From the NCBI RefSeq assembly GCF_009914755.1, contig NC_060940.1: a stretch of 64,000 nt of DNA; one strand, written 5' to 3'. The translations under genes and the position numbers were made by a program. This DNA comes from the human T2T-CHM13v2.0 reference genome, Homo sapiens. Numbering within the stretch: the stretch's first letter is position 1; each line of letters begins with the position of its first letter. The notes under the pieces were generated by a model. It saw nothing but the letters and a program-made list of their open reading frames with translations, was not told the DNA's origin and ran no database searches. Below, one piece after another: positions 43,801 through 58,845 of this stretch.

Positions 43801-46800
43801 TTCCATGATTATTCCATTGGAATCCATTCGGCGATGATTCCATATGAGTCAATTCAATGATGCTTCCATATGGGTCAGTTCGATGATAATTCCATTTGAT
43901 TTCATTCGATGCTTCTATTCAATTCCAGTCGATGATGATTCCGTTGGAGTCCATACGATGACTCCATTTGATTTCATTTGATGATGATTCCATTCGATTC
44001 CATTCGATGACTCCATTCTGTTCCATTCGATGATGATTCCATTCGAGTCCATTCGATGATTCCATTCGAGTCCATTTCATGATTCCATTGGGTTCAATTC
44101 GATGATGATTACACTGGATTCCATTCTATGATTCCATTCAATTCCATTCGTTGATGATTCGATTCCATTCAATGATGATTCCATTTGAGTTCATTCGATG
44201 ATTCTATTCGATTCCGTTCGATGGTGATTCAATTCTATTATATTGGATGATTCCATACGATTCCATTTGATGATGATTCCATTCGATTCCATTCGATGAT
44301 GATTCCATTTGATTCCATTTGATGTTGATTCTATTCGATTCTATTCAATGATGATTCCATTCGATTTCATTTGATGATTCTATTCGATTCCTTTCGATGA
44401 TTCTATTCCATTCCATTCGATGATGATTCAATTCTCTTCCATTGGATGATTCCATTTTATTCCATTCGACGATGACTCCATTTGATTCCATTCAATGATG
44501 ATTCCATTCGATTCCATTCGGTGATTCCATTTGATTCCATTCGACGGTGAGCAATTTGATTCAATTCCATAATGATTCTATTTGATTCAATTAGATGATG
44601 TTTCCATTCGAATCCATTCGGTGATGATTCCATTGGTATCCATTCGACGATGATTCCATATGAGTCAATTCGATGATGATTCCATACGAGTCCGTTGGAT
44701 GATAATTCCATTTGATTTCATTCAATCCTTCTATTCGATTCCATTTGATGATGATTCCATCTGAATCCATTCTCCGATTCCATTCGATTTCATTCGATGC
44801 TTCTATTTGATTTCATTCGAAGATGATTCCTTTCAATTCCGTTCATTAATTCCATTTGATTCCATTCGATGATGATTCCATCCGATTCCATTGGATGATG
44901 ATTCCATTCGAGTCCATTCGATGATTCCGTTCTAATCCATTCTATGATTCCATTCGAGTCCATTCGATGATTCCATTCGATTCCATTCAGTGATGATTCC
45001 ATTTGATTCCATCTGATGATGATTTCATTTGATTCCATTCGATGATGATTCCATTGGAGTCCATTGAATGATTCAATTCAATTCCATTCCATGTGGATTC
45101 CATTCGAATTCATTCGATTATTCCATTCAAATCCCTTCGTTGATTCCATCTGATTCCACTTGACGATGATTCCATTCAAGTCCAATCGATGATTCCATTC
45201 GGTTCCATTCAATGATTCCATTCGAGTCCATTTATGTATTATATTCGTGTCCACTTGATGACTCACTCCATTCAATTCCATTTAATGATGATTCCATTTG
45301 ATTCCATTTGATGATTCAGTTCGATTCCTTACAATGATTCCCTACGATTCCTTTCTATGATGATTCCATTCGATTCCATTCATTGATGATTCCATTCGAC
45401 TCCATTCGATGATGATTCCTTTCGATTCCATTTGACGATGTTTCCATTTGAGTCCATTCGATGATGATTCAATTCAGTTCTGTTCTATTATGAATCCATT
45501 CGATTTCATTCAATGCTTCTATTTGATTCCATTCGACGATGATTCCATCTCTTTCCCTTCGATGTTTCCATTTGATTCCATTCAGTGATGATTCCATTTG
45601 ATTCCATCTGATGATGATTTCACTTGATTCATTTCAATGATGATTCCATTCAAGTCCATTCGATGATTCCATTGGAGTCCAAACGATCATTCCATTCGAT
45701 TCCATTCAATGATGATTCCATTCATGTCCATTCAATGAATCCTTTCAATTCCATTCGATGATGACTCCATTCGAGTACATTCGATGATTCCATTTGATTC
45801 CATTTGATGATGATTACATTCAATTCCATTCGAAGATGATTCCATTCAATTCCACTTGATGATGATTCCGTATGAATCCATTCGCTGATTATTCCATTCG
45901 ATTCCATTCATTGACGATTCCATTCGATTCCATTCAATGATGATTCTCTTCTATTCCATTCGATGATTCCGGTCGATTCCATTCGATGATGATTCCATTA
46001 GATTCCATTCGATTGTTGCATTCGATTCCCTTCGATGATGATTTCTTTGAATTCCATTCGATTATCATTCCGTATGAATCCATTTGATGATTATTCCATT
46101 GGATTCCTTTCGATGATGATTCCATTCGATTCCATTTGATGATGTTTCTCATGTATTCCATTTGATAATTCCTTTCAATTCCCTTCGATGATGATTCTTT
46201 CGAGTCAATTCGATGATTCTATTCCATTCCCTTCGATGATGATTCCATTTCACTCCATTCGATGATTCCATTCGATTCAATTTGGTGATGATTCAATTCG
46301 ATGACATTCGATGACTCCATTCAATTTCATTTGATGATGATTACATTCGAGTCCATTTGATGATTGTATTCCTTTCCTTTTGATGATTATTCCATTCGTG
46401 TCTATTCAAAGATTCCATTCTATTCCATTCAATGATGATTCCAATTGATTCCATTCAATGATTATGGCTATCGATTCCACTCGTTGATTCCATTTGATTC
46501 CATTCGATGATTATTCCGTTAGATTCCATTAGGAGATTCCATTCGATTTTATTCAATGATTCCAATTGATTCCATTCAATGATGATTCCATTCGACTCCA
46601 TTCAGTGATTCCATTTGAGTCCATTTGATGATTCCATTCGAGTCCATTTGATGATTCCATTCTTTTCCATTTGATGATGATTCCATTAGGGTCCATTCAA
46701 TGATTCCATTCGAGTCCATTCGTTAATGCCTTTCGAGTCCTTTTGATCACTACATTCGAGTCCATTCAATGATTCTATTCGATTCCATTCCATGATGATT

Positions 46801-47016
46801 CCATTCGAGTTCATTCGATGATTGCATTCGAGTCCATTTGATGATTCCATAAGATTCCATTCGACAATGATTCCATTCGTGTCCATTTGATGATTCCATT
46901 CATTTCCTATCGATGAAGATTCCATTCGAGTGTATTCGATGATTCCATTCAAATCCATTCGATGATGATTCCATTCCAGTCCATTCGATCATTCCACTTG
47001 ATTCCATTTGATGACT
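34808..47016 (+). repeat. Long higher-order unit L1 (12209 bp = 11829 + 399 - 23 + 4), mosaic of long- and short-type variants
   Basis: ATTCCATTCAAATCCATTTG...GTTACCATTCCAGTATATACG at 34808 recurs at 47017; ORFs at 35008/47217 are offset by 12209. Confidence 0.9.
39037..39834 (+). repeat. 399-bp x2 internal tandem duplication (L1)
   Basis: Same landmark at 39037 and 39436; absent from L2 and L3. Confidence 0.92.
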
Positions 47017-50000
47017 ATTCCATTCAAATCCATTTGATGATTCCATTCGATTCCATTCGATGTTACCATTCCAGTATATACGATGATTCCACTCGATTCC
47101 ATTTGATGATTATTCCATTGGAGTCGACTTAGTGAATCCTTTAGATTCTACTCGAAGATGATTCCATTCGAGTCCATTCGATGAAACCATTCAATTCCAT
47201 TCGTTAGTGCTTCCATTCAAGTGCATTCGATGATATCATTCGATTCCATTTGATGATAATTCCATTTGATTCCATGTGATGATTCTATTCCATTCCATTC
47301 AATGATAATTCCATTCAATTCAGTGATTCCTCTGGACTCCATTTGATGATGATTCCATTCAATGATTCCATTCGATTCTATTCGAAAATGATTCCATTTG
47401 AATCCATTTGATGATGATTCCATTCGATTCCATTTGATGATTCCATTCGATTCCATTCGACGATGATTCCATTCGATTCCATTTGATGATTCCATTCTAT
47501 TCTATTCGATGATGATTCCATTCGATTCCATTCGATGATGATTGGATTCGATTCCATTTGATGATTTCATTTGATTCCATTCGATGATGATTTCGATCAA
47601 TTCCATTCGATGATTCCATTCGATTCCATTTGATAATGATTACATCCGAGTCCATTCGATGATTCCATTTGAGCCCGTTCGATAATTCCATTTGAGTCCA
47701 ATCAATGATTCCATTCATTTCCATTCAATGATTCCATTCGAGTCCATTTGATCATTCCGGTAGGGTCCGTTCGATGTTGATTCCATTGGAGTGCATTCGA
47801 TGATTCCATTCGAGTCCATTTTAGGATTTGATTCGAGTCCTTTCGATGATTCCATTCGATTCCACTCTATGCGTTGATGATTTCATTCGAGTCCATTCGA
47901 CACTTCCAATCGATTCCATTTGATGTTTCCATTCGAGTCCAATTGATGATTCCATTCAATTCCATTCGATGATGATTCCGTACGATTCCATTCTGTGATG
48001 ATTTCATGTGATTGCATTCAATGATGATTCCTTTCGATTGCATTCGATTATGATTCATTTCGTGTTCATTCTATGGTTCCACAGGTTTCACATCGTGTCC
48101 ATTCCATTATTCCATTCTATTCCATTTGATGATGATTCCATTCGATTCCATTCATTGGTGATTCCACTCAATTCCATTCAATGATTCCATTCCATTTCTT
48201 TCAAAAATGATTCCATTAGTTTCTAATCGATGATCCACTTGATTCCATTTGACGATGATTCCATTCTTGTCCATTCGATGATTCCATTTGATTCCATATG
48301 ATGATGATTCCATTCGATTCCATACGATGATGATTCCATTCGAGTCCATTCAATGGTGATTCCATTCAATTCCATTCGATGATTCCTTTCGATTCCATTT
48401 GATGATGATGGCATTCGATTCCTTTCAATCATTCCCTTTGATTCCACTCAAAGGTGATTTCATTCAAGTCCATTCGATAATTGCATTCGATTCCATTCTA
48501 TGATGATTCCATTCGAGTCCATTTGATGATTCCATTCAATTCAAGTCAATGATGATTCCATTCGATTCCATTCGATGATTCCATTGGATTCCATTCGATG
48601 ATGATTCCATTCAAATCCATTCGATAATTCAATTCACGTCCATTCGATGATGATTCCAATCGAATCCATTCAAAGATTCCATTCAATTCCATTCGATGAT
48701 TCCCTTAGATTCCATTCGATGATTCCACTTGATTCCATTTACGATGATTCCATTCGATTCCATGTGATGATTCCATTCAATTCTATTCAATGATGTTTCC
48801 ATTTGATTCCATTCGACCATGATTGCCTTTGATTCCATTCAATGATTCCATTCGGTTCCGTTTGATGATGATTCCGTTCGATTCCATTTGATGATTCCAT
48901 TTGATTCCATTGGATGAGTCCATTCGATTACATTCGATGATTATTCCATTCGAGTGCATTAGATGATTCCATTCGAGTCCATTCGATGATTCCATTCGAG
49001 TCCATTCGATGATTCCATTCGATTCCATTCGATGTTGATTCTGTTCAAATCCATTCGATGATTCCACTCGATTCCATTCGATGACTCCATTTGATCCCAT
49101 TCGATGATTTCCTTTGATTCCCTTTGATGATCATTCCATTTGATTCAATTCGGTGATTTCATTGGATTCCATTCAGTGATGTTTCCATTCGACTCCATTC
49201 GATGATGATTCCATTCGACTACAATCGATTATGATTTCATTCAATTCCATTCGATAAAGATTCCCTTCGAGTCCAATCGATGATTCCATTCGATTCCATT
49301 CAACGATGATTTGATTCGTGTCCATTCGATGATTCCATTTGATTCCACTTGATGAGGATTCCATTCGAGTCCATTTGATGATTCCATTCAATTCCATTCT
49401 CCGATGATTTCTTTTGAGCCCATTCAATGCTTCCACTCGATTACATATGATGATGACTCCATTCGATGAAACTCGATGATGATTCCATTCGCTTGCATTC
49501 GATGATGATTCCACTTGAGTCCGTTAGAAGATTCTATTCAATTACATTCCATGACGATTCCGTTCGAGTCCATTTGATGATTCCATTACACTCCATTCGA
49601 CGATGATTCCATTCAATGTTATTCGATGATTCCATTCGATCTCATTCGATGATGATTCCATTCAACTCCATTCGATGTTTCCATTCGAGTTCATTCTATT
49701 ATTCCATTAGATTCCATTCGATGATGATTCCATTCGATTCCATTTGATGATTGCATTCTATTTCATTTGATGATGATTCCATTCGAGTCCATTCGATGAT
49801 TCCATTCGAGTCCATTTAATGAATCCATTGGTTTCAATTCTATGATGATTATATTGGATTCCATTCGTTGATGATTTCATTCGATTCCATTCAATGATGA
49901 TTCCATTCAATTCCATTCAATGATTCCATTCAATTCCATACGATGATGATTCCATTTGATTTGATTCGACAGTGAGCCATTCGATTCAATTCCATGATGA

Positions 50001-53000
50001 TTCTATTTGATTCACTTGGTTGACATTTCCATTCGGTTCCATTCGATGATGATTCCATTTGATTCCATTCAAAGATGATTCCATTCTAGCCCATTCAATC
50101 ATTCCATTCGATTCTATTCAATGATGATTCCATTCATGTCGATTTGGTGATTCCATTTGACTTCATTTGATGATGATTCCTTTCAAGTTCATTAGATGAT
50201 TCCATTCGATTCCATTTGATGATGATCCCATTCGAGTCCATTCAGTGATTCCACTCGTTTCCATTCCATGATGATTCCATTCCATTCCATTCAATGATTC
50301 CATTCGATTCCGTTTGATGATGATTTCATTCGAGTCCATTTGATGATTCCATTTGATTCCATTCGATGATGATTCCATTCGAGTCCATTCGATGATTCTA
50401 TTCGAATCCATTTGATGATTTCTTTTGATTATATTTGGTGATGATTCCATTGGAGTCCATTCAATGATTCCATTCGATTCCAATCGATGGTGGTTCCATT
50501 AGAGTCCATTTAATGATTCCATTTGATTCCAGTCTCTGATGTTTACATTCGAGTCCATACGATGATTCCACTCAACTCCATATGATGATGATTCCATTCG
50601 ATTCCATTCGATGATTCCATTCTATTCTATTCAATGGTGATTCCATTCGAGTACATTAGATGATTCCATTCGATTCCATTCAATGATGATTCTACTTGTG
50701 TCCGTTAGATGATTCCACATGATTCCATTAGATGATGATACTATTTGAGCCCATCCAATGATTCCCTTCGATTCCATTCGATGAGGATTCCATTCGATTC
50801 AATTCATTGGTGATTCTATTCAATTCAATTCTTTGATTCAATTCCATTCCATTCGACAATGATTCCATTCGATTTCTTTCGATGATTCCACTCGATTTCA
50901 CTTGACATTGATTCCATTCGATTCCATTCAATGATTCCATTTGATTCCAGTGGATGATGATTGCCGTCGATTCCATTCGATCACTCCATTCTGTTCCATT
51001 TGATGATGATTACATTCGATTCCATTTGATGATTCCATCTGATTCTATTCGAGGATTCCATTTGATTCCATTCGATGATGATTCCATTCGAGTCCATTCG
51101 ATGATTTCATTCGAGTACATCCAATGATTCCATTCGAGTCCATTTGATGATTCCATTTCATTCCATTTGATTATGATTCTACTAGAGTCCATTCAATGAC
51201 TCCATTCGAGTCCATTCAACAGTTCCATCCGAGTCCATTCGGTGATTCCATTCGTTTCCATTTGATGATTCCATTCGAGTCCATTTAATCATTACAGTCG
51301 AGTCCATTTGGTGATTCCACTGGATTTCTTTTGATAATGATACCATTCAATTACATTTGATGATGATCCCATTCAATTTCATTTGATGATGATTCCATTA
51401 GAGTCCATTCCATGATTTCATTCGAGTCCCTTCATTGATTCCATCTGATTTCATTTCATGATGACTCCATTCGAGTCCATTCGATGATTCCACTCGATTC
51501 CTTTAGATGATTCCATTGGAGTCCATTTGATTGTTCCATTCGATTCCATTCGATTCCTTTCGAAGATTATTCCATTTGAGTCCATTCGATGATGATTCCA
51601 TTCCATTCCATTCGATGATTCCGTTTGATTCCATTCGATGATTCCCTGTGATTCCTTTCTATGATGATTCCATTCCATTCCATTCAATGATTCCATTCGA
51701 ATCTATTCCATGATGATTCCTTTCGATTCCATTCGCTGATGTTTCCGTTCAATTCCATTCGATGATGATTCCATTCGATTCCATTCATTGAGGATTCCAT
51801 TGGATTCCATTCAATGATGATTCCATTCTATTCCATTCAATGATTGCATTCAATTCCATTCAATGATTATGCCATTAGAGTAAATTCAACGATTCCATTC
51901 AATACCATTCGATGATGATTCCTTTTGAGTCCATTCAATGATTTCATTCAAGTCCATTTGATGATTCCTTTCAATTCCATTCCATGATGATTCCATTCGA
52001 GTCCATTCGATGATTCCATTCGATTGCATTCGATGATTCCATTATATTCCATTCAACGATGATTCCATTCGAGTCCATTCGATGATTCCATTAGAGTACA
52101 TTTCATGATTGCTTTGTTTTCAATTCGAAGATGATTACATTGGATTCCATTCTATGATTCCATTCGATTGCATTCATTGATGATTCCACCCAATTCCATT
52201 CGATGATGATTCCATTCGATTTCAATGATTCTACTCGATTCCATTCAATGATGATTCAATTCTATTCCGTTTGATGATTCCATTAGATTCCATTCTATGA
52301 TGATTCCATTCGAGTCCATTCGAAGATTTCATTCGATTACATTCCATGACGATTCCATTCGAGTCCATTCGATGATTCCATTTGAATCCATTCGACGATG
52401 ATTCCATTTGATGCTATTCGATGATTCCATTGGATTCCATTCGATGATGATTCCATTCGACTTGATTTGATGTTTCTATTTGAGTCCATTCGGTTATTTT
52501 ATTAGACTACATTCGATGATGATTCCATTCGATGCCATTCAATGATTCCATTTGATTCCACTCAATGATGATTGCATTCGTGTCCATTCGATGATTCCAT
52601 TTGGTTCCATTTGATGATGATTCCATTCGAGTCCATTCGATGATACCATTCAATTCCATTCGATGATCATTCCATTCGAATCCATTTGATGATTCCACTC
52701 AATTCCATTTGATGACTCCTTTCATTCCCATTCGATGATTCCCTTCAGCTCCAATTGGATGATCTTTCCATTTGATTCAATATGGTGACTCCATTCTATT
52801 ATATTCAATGATGATTCCATTCGACTCCATTAGATGATGACTCCATTCCATTCCATTCGATTGTGATTTCATTCGATTCCATTCGAAGATGATTCCATTC
52901 GAGTCCATTTGATGATTCCATTCGATTCCATTCAATGATGATTCCACTCAAATCCATTGGATGATTCCATTCGTTTCCAATTGGTGATTTCATTAGATTC

Positions 53001-56000
53001 CATTCGAGGATGATTCTATTCGAGTCCATTCAATGATTCCATTGGATTCCGTTTGATAATGATTCCATTAGAGTTCATTCGATGATTCCCTTCGAGTCCA
53101 TTCGATTATTTCTTTTGATTCCATTTGATGATGATTCCATTCGATTCCATTCAATGATTCCATTCCATTCCATTCGATGATGATTCCATTCGATAATGAT
53201 TACATTCGAGCCCATGTGATGATTCCATTAGATTCTATTCAATGATGATTCCATTCGACCACATTCGATGATGGCATTCGAGTCCATTCGATGATTTCAC
53301 TCGATTCCACTTGATGATGATTCCTTTTGAGTCCATTTGATGATTACATTCGAGTCCATGAGATGACTCCATTCGATTCCATTTCATGATGATGCAATTC
53401 GAGGCTATTCGATCATCCCATTTTAGTGCATTCGGTGATTCTCTTTTATTACATTCGATGAGGGCTCCATTCGAGTCCATTCAATGATTCCATTAGATTC
53501 CACTCGATGATGATTCCATTTGAGTCCATTCAAAGATTCCTTTCGAGTCCATTCGATAATTCTATTGGATTCCACTAGGTGATGATTCCTTTCGAGTCAA
53601 TTCGATGATTCCTTTCAAGTGCCTTCAATGATTCCATTCGATTCCATTCGATGACGATTCATTTCAAGTCCATTCAATGGTTCCATTCTGTTGAATTTGA
53701 TGGTTCCATTTGATTCCATTCGATGATGATTCCATTCGTGTCCATTGGATGATTCCATTCGATTCCTTTCGAGGAAGATTCCATTCGACTCCATTCGATG
53801 ATTCCGTTCGATTCCATTCCATGATGATTCCATTTGATTCCATTCCATGATTCCATTCGATACCATTCGATGATGATTCCATTCGACTCCATTTGATGAA
53901 TCCATTCAATGCTTCCATTCGAGTCCATTCGATGATTCCATTCGATTCCATTCCATGAAGATTCCATTCGAGTACATTTGATGATTCCATTTAATTCCAT
54001 AGGATGATGATTCTATTAGGGTCCGTTGACTATTCCATTCAATTCCATTCGAAGATTCCATTCGAGTCCACTCGATGATTCTATTTGATTCCATTTGATA
54101 ATTCCATTCGATTCCATTTGATGTTGATTCCATTCGAGTCCATTCGATCATTATTACATTTGATTCTATTCGATGATTCCATTCGATTCCATTTGATGAG
54201 GATTCCATTCGAGACCATTTGATGATTCCATTCAATTCCATTGGATGATTCCAATATTTTCCATTAGATGATGATTCCATTCGATTCCATTCAATGATGA
54301 TTCCATCAGAATCCATTCGATGATGACTCCTTTTGCTTCCATTCAATGATCATTACATTCGGTTCCATTCGATGATGATTCCTTTGGATTCCATTCGATG
54401 ATGCTTCCATTCGATTCCATTTGATGATGATTCTTTTCGATTCCATTTGATGATGATTCCATTTGATTCCATTCGATGGTGATTCCATTTGATGATTCCA
54501 TTCGATTGTATTCGATGATGATTCCACTCGATTCTATTTGATGATGACTGCATTCGATTCCATTTGATGATTCCATTTGATTCCATTCGATGATGATTCT
54601 GATCAATTGCATTCGATGATCCATTCGATTCCATTTGATGGTTCCATTTGATTCCATTTGATAATGATTCCTTTCGAGTCCATTCGATGATTCCATTTGC
54701 GGATATTCGATAATTCCATTTGAGTCCAACCGATGATTCCATTCGAGGCCATTCAATCATTCTTTTTGAGTCCTTTCGATAAAGATTCCATTTTAGTCCA
54801 TTCAATAATTCCACTGGAGTCCATTCGATGATTGCTTTTAATTCCATTCGATGATATTCCATTCGAGTCCATTCGATGATTCCATTCGTTGCTATTAGAT
54901 GATGATTCCATTCATGACCATTTGGTGATTCCATTCGATTTCATTCGTTGATGATTCCATTCGAGTCCATTCCATGATTCCATTCAAGTCCATTTGATGA
55001 TTTCTTTGAATTCAATTCGATGATGATTCCATTCGAGTCCATTCGATGATTCCATTCAGTTCCATTCGATGATGATTCCTTTCGAGACCATATGATGATT
55101 CCATTTGATTTCATTCGATGATGATTCCATTCGATTCCATTCGATGATTCCATTCTATTCCATTCGATGATGATTCCATTCGAGTCCATTTAATGATTCC
55201 ATTGGGTTCAATTCAATGATGATTACATTGGATTCTCTTCTATGATACCATTCAATTCCGTTCATTGACAATTTGATTCCATTCGATGATGATTCCATTT
55301 GAGTTCATTCGATGATTCTATTCGATTCTCTTCGATGGTGATTCAATTCTATTATATTGGATGATTCCATTCGATTCCATTTGATGTTGATTCAATTCGA
55401 TTCTATTCGATGATGATTCCATTGGATTTCATTTGATGATTCTATTCGATTCCATTCAATGATGATTCACTTCTCGTCCATTGGATGATTCCATTTCATT
55501 CCATTCGATGATGATTCCATTCGATTCCATTCGATGATTCCATTTGATTCCATTCGACGGTGAGCAATTCGATTCAATTCCATGATGATTCTATTTGATT
55601 CAGTTAGATGATGTTTCCATTCGAATCCATTCCATGATTATTCCATTGGAATCCATTCGGCGATGATTCCATATGAGTCAATTCAATGATGCTTCCATAT
55701 GGGTCAGTTCGATGATAATTCCATTTGATTTCATTCGATGCTTCTATTCAATTCCAGTCGATGATGATTCCGTTGGAGTCCATACGATGACTCCATTTGA
55801 TTTCATTTGATGATGATTCCATTCGATTCCATTCGATGACTCCATTCTGTTCCATTCGATGATGATTCCATTCGAGTCCATTCGATGATTCCATTCGAGT
55901 CCATTTCATGATTCCATTGGGTTCAATTCGATGATGATTACACTGGATTCCATTCTATGATTCCATTCAATTCCATTCGTTGATGATTCGATTCCATTCA

Positions 56001-58845
56001 ATGATGATTCCATTTGAGTTCATTCGATGATTCTATTCGATTCCGTTCGATGGTGATTCAATTCTATTATATTGGATGATTCCATACGATTCCATTTGAT
56101 GATGATTCCATTCGATTCCATTCGATGATGATTCCATTTGATTCCATTTGATGTTGATTCTATTCGATTCTATTCAATGATGATTCCATTCGATTTCATT
56201 TGATGATTCTATTCGATTCCTTTCGATGATTCTATTCCATTCCATTCGATGATGATTCAATTCTCTTCCATTGGATGATTCCATTTTATTCCATTCGACG
56301 ATGACTCCATTTGATTCCATTCAATGATGATTCCATTCGATTCCATTCGGTGATTCCATTTGATTCCATTCGACGGTGAGCAATTTGATTCAATTCCATA
56401 ATGATTCTATTTGATTCAATTAGATGATGTTTCCATTCGAATCCATTCGGTGATGATTCCATTGGTATCCATTCGACGATGATTCCATATGAGTCAATTC
56501 GATGATGATTCCATACGAGTCCGTTGGATGATAATTCCATTTGATTTCATTCAATCCTTCTATTCGATTCCATTTGATGATGATTCCATCTGAATCCATT
56601 CTCCGATTCCATTCGATTTCATTCGATGCTTCTATTTGATTTCATTCGAAGATGATTCCTTTCAATTCCGTTCATTAATTCCATTTGATTCCATTCGATG
56701 ATGATTCCATCCGATTCCATTGGATGATGATTCCATTCGAGTCCATTCGATGATTCCGTTCTAATCCATTCTATGATTCCATTCGAGTCCATTCGATGAT
56801 TCCATTCGATTCCATTCAGTGATGATTCCATTTGATTCCATCTGATGATGATTTCATTTGATTCCATTCGATGATGATTCCATTGGAGTCCATTGAATGA
56901 TTCAATTCAATTCCATTCCATGTGGATTCCATTCGAATTCATTCGATTATTCCATTCAAATCCCTTCGTTGATTCCATCTGATTCCACTTGACGATGATT
57001 CCATTCAAGTCCAATCGATGATTCCATTCGGTTCCATTCAATGATTCCATTCGAGTCCATTTATGTATTATATTCGTGTCCACTTGATGACTCACTCCAT
57101 TCAATTCCATTTAATGATGATTCCATTTGATTCCATTTGATGATTCAGTTCGATTCCTTACAATGATTCCCTACGATTCCTTTCTATGATGATTCCATTC
57201 GATTCCATTCATTGATGATTCCATTCGACTCCATTCGATGATGATTCCTTTCGATTCCATTTGACGATGTTTCCATTTGAGTCCATTCGATGATGATTCA
57301 ATTCAGTTCTGTTCTATTATGAATCCATTCGATTTCATTCAATGCTTCTATTTGATTCCATTCGACGATGATTCCATCTCTTTCCCTTCGATGTTTCCAT
57401 TTGATTCCATTCAGTGATGATTCCATTTGATTCCATCTGATGATGATTTCACTTGATTCATTTCAATGATGATTCCATTCAAGTCCATTCGATGATTCCA
57501 TTGGAGTCCAAACGATCATTCCATTCGATTCCATTCAATGATGATTCCATTCATGTCCATTCAATGAATCCTTTCAATTCCATTCGATGATGACTCCATT
57601 CAAGTACATTCGATGATTCCATTTGATTCCATTTGATGATGATTACATTCAATTCCATTCGAAGATGATTCCATTCAATTCCACTTGATGATGATTCCGT
57701 ATGAATCCATTCGCTGATTATTCCATTCGATTCCATTCATTGACGATTCCATTCGATTCCATTCAATGATGATTCTCTTCTATTCCATTCGATGATTCCG
57801 GTCGATTCCATTCGATGATGATTCCATTAGATTCCATTCGATTGTTGCATTCGATTCCCTTCGATGATGATTTCTTTGAATTCCATTCGATTATCATTCC
57901 GTATGAATCCATTTGATGATTATTCCATTGGATTCCTTTCGATGATGATTCCATTCGATTCCATTTGATGATGTTTCTCATGTATTCCATTTGATAATTC
58001 CTTTCAATTCCCTTCGATGATGATTCTTTCGAGTCAATTCGATGATTCTATTCCATTCCCTTCGATGATGATTCCATTTCACTCCATTCGATGATTCCAT
58101 TCGATTCAATTTGGTGATGATTCAATTCGATGACATTCGATGACTCCATTCAATTTCATTTGATGATGATTACATTCGAGTCCATTTGATGATTGTATTC
58201 CTTTCCTTTTGATGATTATTCCATTCGTGTCTATTCAAAGATTCCATTCTATTCCATTCAATGATGATTCCAATTGATTCCATTCAATGATTATGGCTAT
58301 CGATTCCACTCGTTGATTCCATTTGATTCCATTCGATGATTATTCCGTTAGATTCCATTAGGAGATTCCATTCGATTTTATTCAATGATTCCAATTGATT
58401 CCATTCAATGATGATTCCATTCGACTCCATTCAGTGATTCCATTTGAGTCCATTTGATGATTCCATTCGAGTCCATTTGATGATTCCATTCTTTTCCATT
58501 TGATGATGATTCCATTAGGGTCCATTCAATGATTCCATTCGAGTCCATTCGTTAATGCCTTTCGAGTCCTTTTGATCACTACATTCGAGTCCATTCAATG
58601 ATTCTATTCGATTCCATTCCATGATGATTCCATTCGAGTTCATTCGATGATTGCATTCGAGTCCATTTGATGATTCCATAAGATTCCATTCGACAATGAT
58701 TCCATTCGTGTCCATTTGATGATTCCATTCATTTCCTATCGATGAAGATTCCATTCGAGTGTATTCGATGATTCCATTCAAATCCATTCGATGATGATTC
58801 CATTCCAGTCCATTCGATCATTCCACTTGATTCCATTTGATGACT
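47017..58845 (+). repeat. Long higher-order unit L2 (11829 bp)
   Basis: ORF pairs 47217/59046, 51451/63280, 40678/52507 and 46686/58515 are all offset by 11829; GTCGAC landmark at 47123 and 58952. Confidence 0.93.

Noticed and set aside
34808-47016. 12209-bp unit as a dimer of the 6112-bp unit (12224)
   Set aside because: The near match is coincidental. Core landmarks such as CGTACG occur once per long unit, and the length is explained by 11829+399-23+4.
40327-47085. Long-specific blocks as a mobile-element insertion
   Set aside because: They are pure HSat2 in the same orientation, with no target-site duplication, poly(A), LTR, Alu or L1 sequence.
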